From the NCBI GenBank assembly GCA_030141605.1, contig JAQGDQ010002486.1, positions 1 through 19,465 on the forward strand: a stretch of 19,465 bases of DNA, given 5' to 3'. Positions within the stretch are counted from its first letter, which is position 1; each line of letters begins with the position of its first letter. A model generated the notes under the pieces. That model did not search any database. It was given only the letters and a program-made list of their open reading frames with translations, and was not told where the DNA came from. This document shows, in pieces, positions 16,200 to 19,465 of this stretch. The translations under genes were made by a program, and so were the position numbers. Source of the DNA: Tubiluchus corallicola. Lineage: Eukaryota > Animalia > Priapulida.

Positions 16200-19100
16200 C
16201 TATTTATTATGGGATCCATAAAATACTTTTTTACTTTTTATGATCCCTGTATAGTCTTCTAAAATATTATCTTTTTTATCTACAAGTTTAAATGTGTTTT
16301 TCTCTATTTTATAGCTTATATCGTTAGGATTTTCTATTTCTTTTTCATTTTTCAATATTTTTTCTTTTATAAACTTTTCAATTTCTCTTTTTTCATGAAT
16401 AATATACGTTTCTTTTACATTTTTATTATTTATTACACTTAATTCTATGCTCCTTTTTTCTCCACAAGTTAACTCTATTACAAGTTTATCCTTTACTTTT
16501 TGTATTATATATTTTTTATATATCCCTAGTAGTTGTGAGCTTTCTCTTTTTATAACTCCCATTATATTATCTTCATAGTTTGATGCATTTTTTAATAGTT
16601 CTCTCATTTGTTTCTTTTTCCCTTTCTCAATAAAAACCTCTATTTCAGATATTTGCTTATGTATATTATACCCAATATTTCCAGTATCTTTTATTTTTAT
16701 AAACTCATTATATTTTTCTAATATTTTTGGAAGGTCGTTTTTATTTAATCCATATCTCTTCAAAGTCTCTTCTTCTTTTCTATATTTTTTTTCTTTATTT
16801 GATATTCTTTCTTTATTTTTTTCTTCAAATTCTTTTACAAGATCTTCTTTATGAGTTGAGTTTAAATTAAAAATAAATTTTTTCTTTTTCATATAATAAT
16901 CATTGATAAAATTCATTCCAAGATTTATACTACTTAGTTCATTTTTGATACTTTGAGTAATACAGTCTATTTTCTCACTTAAAGATAAGTTATTACTAAA
17001 TGGATAATTTAAAAATAAGTCTTGATAGTCTAGATGAGCTATACTATTTCTAATTTTTCTTAAACAAATATTATTTATTTTTGTATTTTCTATTAGTTTT
17101 CCAAAGTTATATTCTTTAGATAATTTATTATTTTCTAACACATCCATTATAGTTTTTATATTTTTATTTTTTTCTAAATATTTAAAAAGAGCATGAATCT
17201 CTATATCATTTGTTAATTTGAAAATATCTTGATAATATTTTATAAGGGGAATAATAATATTTTTGTCAAAAATTTTCTTTTCTTTTATACCAGAGTATTC
17301 TCTTACCATAACTTCTGAAGTATTTATACCAATGTTTTTATATATTTTGTTAAAATCATCTTGTAAGTTTCTAAGTTCTGTTAATTCATAAGAAATAATT
17401 TCAAATTTTTTAGAATTTTTTTCAAACAGCCTCAAGTTATGAAAAAAAGTATCTTTATTATTAGAGCTCTCAGAAACAAAATCTACATTTTTCATATCAT
17501 AATAATTTTTCTTTACAAAACCTAAAAAATCCCCTCTTAAATCTACAGGAATTAAGAGATACATTACAGTATAAAACTTAATCAAATTATTTGATCTATC
17601 TTTATTTAAAAAATATGATTGTTCTTTTTTTATAGTTTTTATATTTTTATATAAATCACCTAAATTAAAGTTACTTTCTTCTTTACTTATTTTAGCTCCT
17701 AGATATTCTTCTCTTTTACTTTTATATTTTGATATTTCTTCTAGCTTTGTTGTATCAAATTTTTCTTTAAATTCCTTAATACTAAAATCAAATTCTTTAT
17801 ATAAAAACCCATATGCCATTTGAAGCTTGTATTTTAATCTATACTTTGAGTTTAGCTTCGTTATTTCTTCCATTTTACCTTTGATATTTAAAAGACTTTC
17901 ATTAATACTAGTTATCTCTTTTTTATTTCTATTTACTTTTCTTTCAATTAGTTTACTTTGTTTATCCACTAATTCTTTTCTTTTATTATATAGCTTTTTA
18001 TAATTTTCACAATTATGTATATCCCATACATATGGTATATTTTCTTCGCCAATAAGCCTTTCTAATCTTTTCATTTCCTTTAGCTCTGCATTCATTGATT
18101 TTTTAGTTTTTTCTTCTATTTTTTTCTCTTTAATTTCTCCAGTTTTTATTGATTCTTCAAGAAAACTTTTTCTACTTGTAAAATTTTCTTTCATTAATGT
18201 CTTTAGTGCTCTATTTTCTCTTCCATCACTCACAAAGAATGAATTTATAAAATTATTAAAACCATTTTTCCTATTACAAATACTGTGATATAAATCATAT
18301 AATTTTTTTGCCTTTTTATCTTTATCAAGTATTCTTATTTTTGTTTCTTTTTCTAAGTAATTAGTTTTTTCCTCTTCTTTTATATTTTTAAGTTTTGATA
18401 ATTCTTCAAAAATATTTAAATCTAAGAGTTCACTTATTGGAGTTTTTCCATTTTTATATTTTACTTCTACATTTGCATCTGTATCAGTAAGTAAATCCCT
18501 AAAGTATCTATAATTGTAATGCATAAGTTTATGCCTAAAATCAGCAAATAAAGCTACTATTTTTTCCATATCAGCTTTAAAGTTTTCTTTACTAATAAAA
18601 TCTAATTTTTCCTCTACTTCTTTATTTTGCCATTTTTTTTCTTCTACTTTTTTTACATAATTATCTATTTTATTATTATGATTTTCTATAAATTTATGTA
18701 TATAGTCTTCTGATATTTTTTCTGCTAAATTATTGTAAAACTCTTCTCTTTTCTCAGGAGATACATCCTTTATATTTATTTTCCATATTTCTGTTATATT
18801 TTCATATTTTCCACCTTTACCTTTTACTTTTGTACCTGTATCTTTTGTTAAAAAATCATTTATAAAAGCAAAATAAATAAGCATATTTGATCTATATGAT
18901 AAAAATCTTTTTATTTTATATATTTCTCGTGAATCTATTTCCTCTTTTTTACAATCTGCAATTAAAGAGTAATTTTTACATATTTCTTCTCTCAAAAGTA
19001 CTCTTTCTGTATAAGATTCTTCTCTTCTTCTTTCTTTTTCTCCCTCTTTATCTTTTTCCAATATATCTTTTACATACACTTCTACCAATATGTCTTCTTT

Positions 19101-19421
19101 ATTAGTTTTTTTATATTCACCGTAAACAATATACTTTCTAGTAATTTCTCCTGTATACTTATCTCTTTTTTCTACTTCAAACCCTTTTTCTGAGCCTTCA
19201 ATTTTTATTGATTTACTTTCAGTGGATATATTTTCTACATCAAAATTAATGTCCCCGCCATCTTTATCTTTATCAAGTTTATCGTGACTAACATTAAAAA
19301 CATCCACCCCTCCTTGCTTTGTATAAAGCACTTTTATTTCCTTTATTTTTTCACTATCAAAGTTTGATATAATAACCCTTACTATAGAGCTTTTATTTGA
19401 TTTTCTATTTTGATTTTTCAT
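16200..19421 (-). CDS. cas13c: Type VI-C CRISPR RNA-guided RNase Cas13c
   Basis: 1073 aa, K/E-rich and adjacent to the array. It has two HEPN RxxxxH motifs, RHKLMH (aa 296-301, nt 18519-18536) and RNSIAH (aa 791-796, nt 17034-17051). Segments I recognise from fusobacterial Cas13c are NKSSIVRVIISN, IYKIKRFLSYRSNML, LLDLNIF, KNGFNNFIN, TKLNSKYRL, RGDFLGFVKKNYYD, FFHNLRLFEKN and INDYYMKK. The RBS is AAGGGGG. Confidence 0.95.
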   Translation of the reverse strand: MKNQNRKSNKSSIVRVIISNFDSEKIKEIKVLYTKQGGVDVFNVSHDKLDKDKDGGDINFDVENISTESKSIKIEGSEKGFEVEKRDKYTGEITRKYIVYGEYKKTNKEDILVEVYVKDILEKDKEGEKERRREESYTERVLLREEICKNYSLIADCKKEEIDSREIYKIKRFLSYRSNMLIYFAFINDFLTKDTGTKVKGKGGKYENITEIWKINIKDVSPEKREEFYNNLAEKISEDYIHKFIENHNNKIDNYVKKVEEKKWQNKEVEEKLDFISKENFKADMEKIVALFADFRHKLMHYNYRYFRDLLTDTDANVEVKYKNGKTPISELLDLNIFEELSKLKNIKEEEKTNYLEKETKIRILDKDKKAKKLYDLYHSICNRKNGFNNFINSFFVSDGRENRALKTLMKENFTSRKSFLEESIKTGEIKEKKIEEKTKKSMNAELKEMKRLERLIGEENIPYVWDIHNCENYKKLYNKRKELVDKQSKLIERKVNRNKKEITSINESLLNIKGKMEEITKLNSKYRLKYKLQMAYGFLYKEFDFSIKEFKEKFDTTKLEEISKYKSKREEYLGAKISKEESNFNLGDLYKNIKTIKKEQSYFLNKDRSNNLIKFYTVMYLLIPVDLRGDFLGFVKKNYYDMKNVDFVSESSNNKDTFFHNLRLFEKNSKKFEIISYELTELRNLQDDFNKIYKNIGINTSEVMVREYSGIKEKKIFDKNIIIPLIKYYQDIFKLTNDIEIHALFKYLEKNKNIKTIMDVLENNKLSKEYNFGKLIENTKINNICLRKIRNSIAHLDYQDLFLNYPFSNNLSLSEKIDCITQSIKNELSSINLGMNFINDYYMKKKKFIFNLNSTHKEDLVKEFEEKNKERISNKEKKYRKEEETLKRYGLNKNDLPKILEKYNEFIKIKDTGNIGYNIHKQISEIEVFIEKGKKKQMRELLKNASNYEDNIMGVIKRESSQLLGIYKKYIIQKVKDKLVIELTCGEKRSIELSVINNKNVKETYIIHEKREIEKFIKEKILKNEKEIENPNDISYKIEKNTFKLVDKKDNILEDYTGIIKSKKVFYGSHNK

Positions 19422-19465
19422 AAGACCCCCTTTTAAAAATATAGTAAAATTACTATAATCAATAG

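Noticed and set aside
16235-16259. TTTTAT...GTATAGTCT near the cas13c 3' end, resembling a degenerate repeat
   Set aside because: The match is only 9 nt plus a T-run, the CCCAC/GTGGG stem is absent, and it lies within coding sequence.
2425-19105. Short antisense ORFs (2425, 6254, 7524, 8179, 8995, 10250, 11040, 12630, 13414, 13873, 18887)
   Set aside because: All lie opposite well-supported genes and show no recognisable motifs, so they are shadow ORFs.
16200-19421. Alternative assignment as Cas13a/b/d, Cas9 or Cas12
   Set aside because: I saw no RuvC/HNH motifs, and the conserved blocks and 30-nt repeat ending AAAAC fit Cas13c.

Overview
This is a very AT-rich bacterial chromosomal window, probably from Fusobacteriota (inferred from the Cas13c family and the MORN2-type spacers). 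About 14.4 kb is housekeeping or metabolic DNA: the 5' end of a secreted GEVED-domain adhesin-like gene, a class II ribonucleotide reductase nrdJ whose C-terminal tail is frameshifted, rsmI, a ferredoxin-nitroreductase, a ROK fructokinase, manA, rlpA, a MATE pump, aroC, dCMP deaminase, pepT and an APC amino-acid permease. The right-hand 4.7 kb is a type VI-C CRISPR locus on the minus strand. It comprises cas13c (1073 aa, both HEPN motifs intact), an unannotated 27-codon hydrophobic-peptide gene with its own promoter, RBS and structured UTRs, a leader, and an array of 17 x 30-nt repeats with 16 spacers of 36-38 nt. No cas1/cas2 is present in the window. The most striking signal is that at least 7 of 16 spacers translate on the + strand into fragments of MORN2 (MORN-variant) repeats, so their crRNAs are antisense to MORN2-repeat mRNA(s). 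Repeat sequence, spacer length and inferred flanks hint at spacer acquisition in trans by a type I-B machine. Spacers are numbered S1-S16 left to right, and S16 is leader-proximal (newest).
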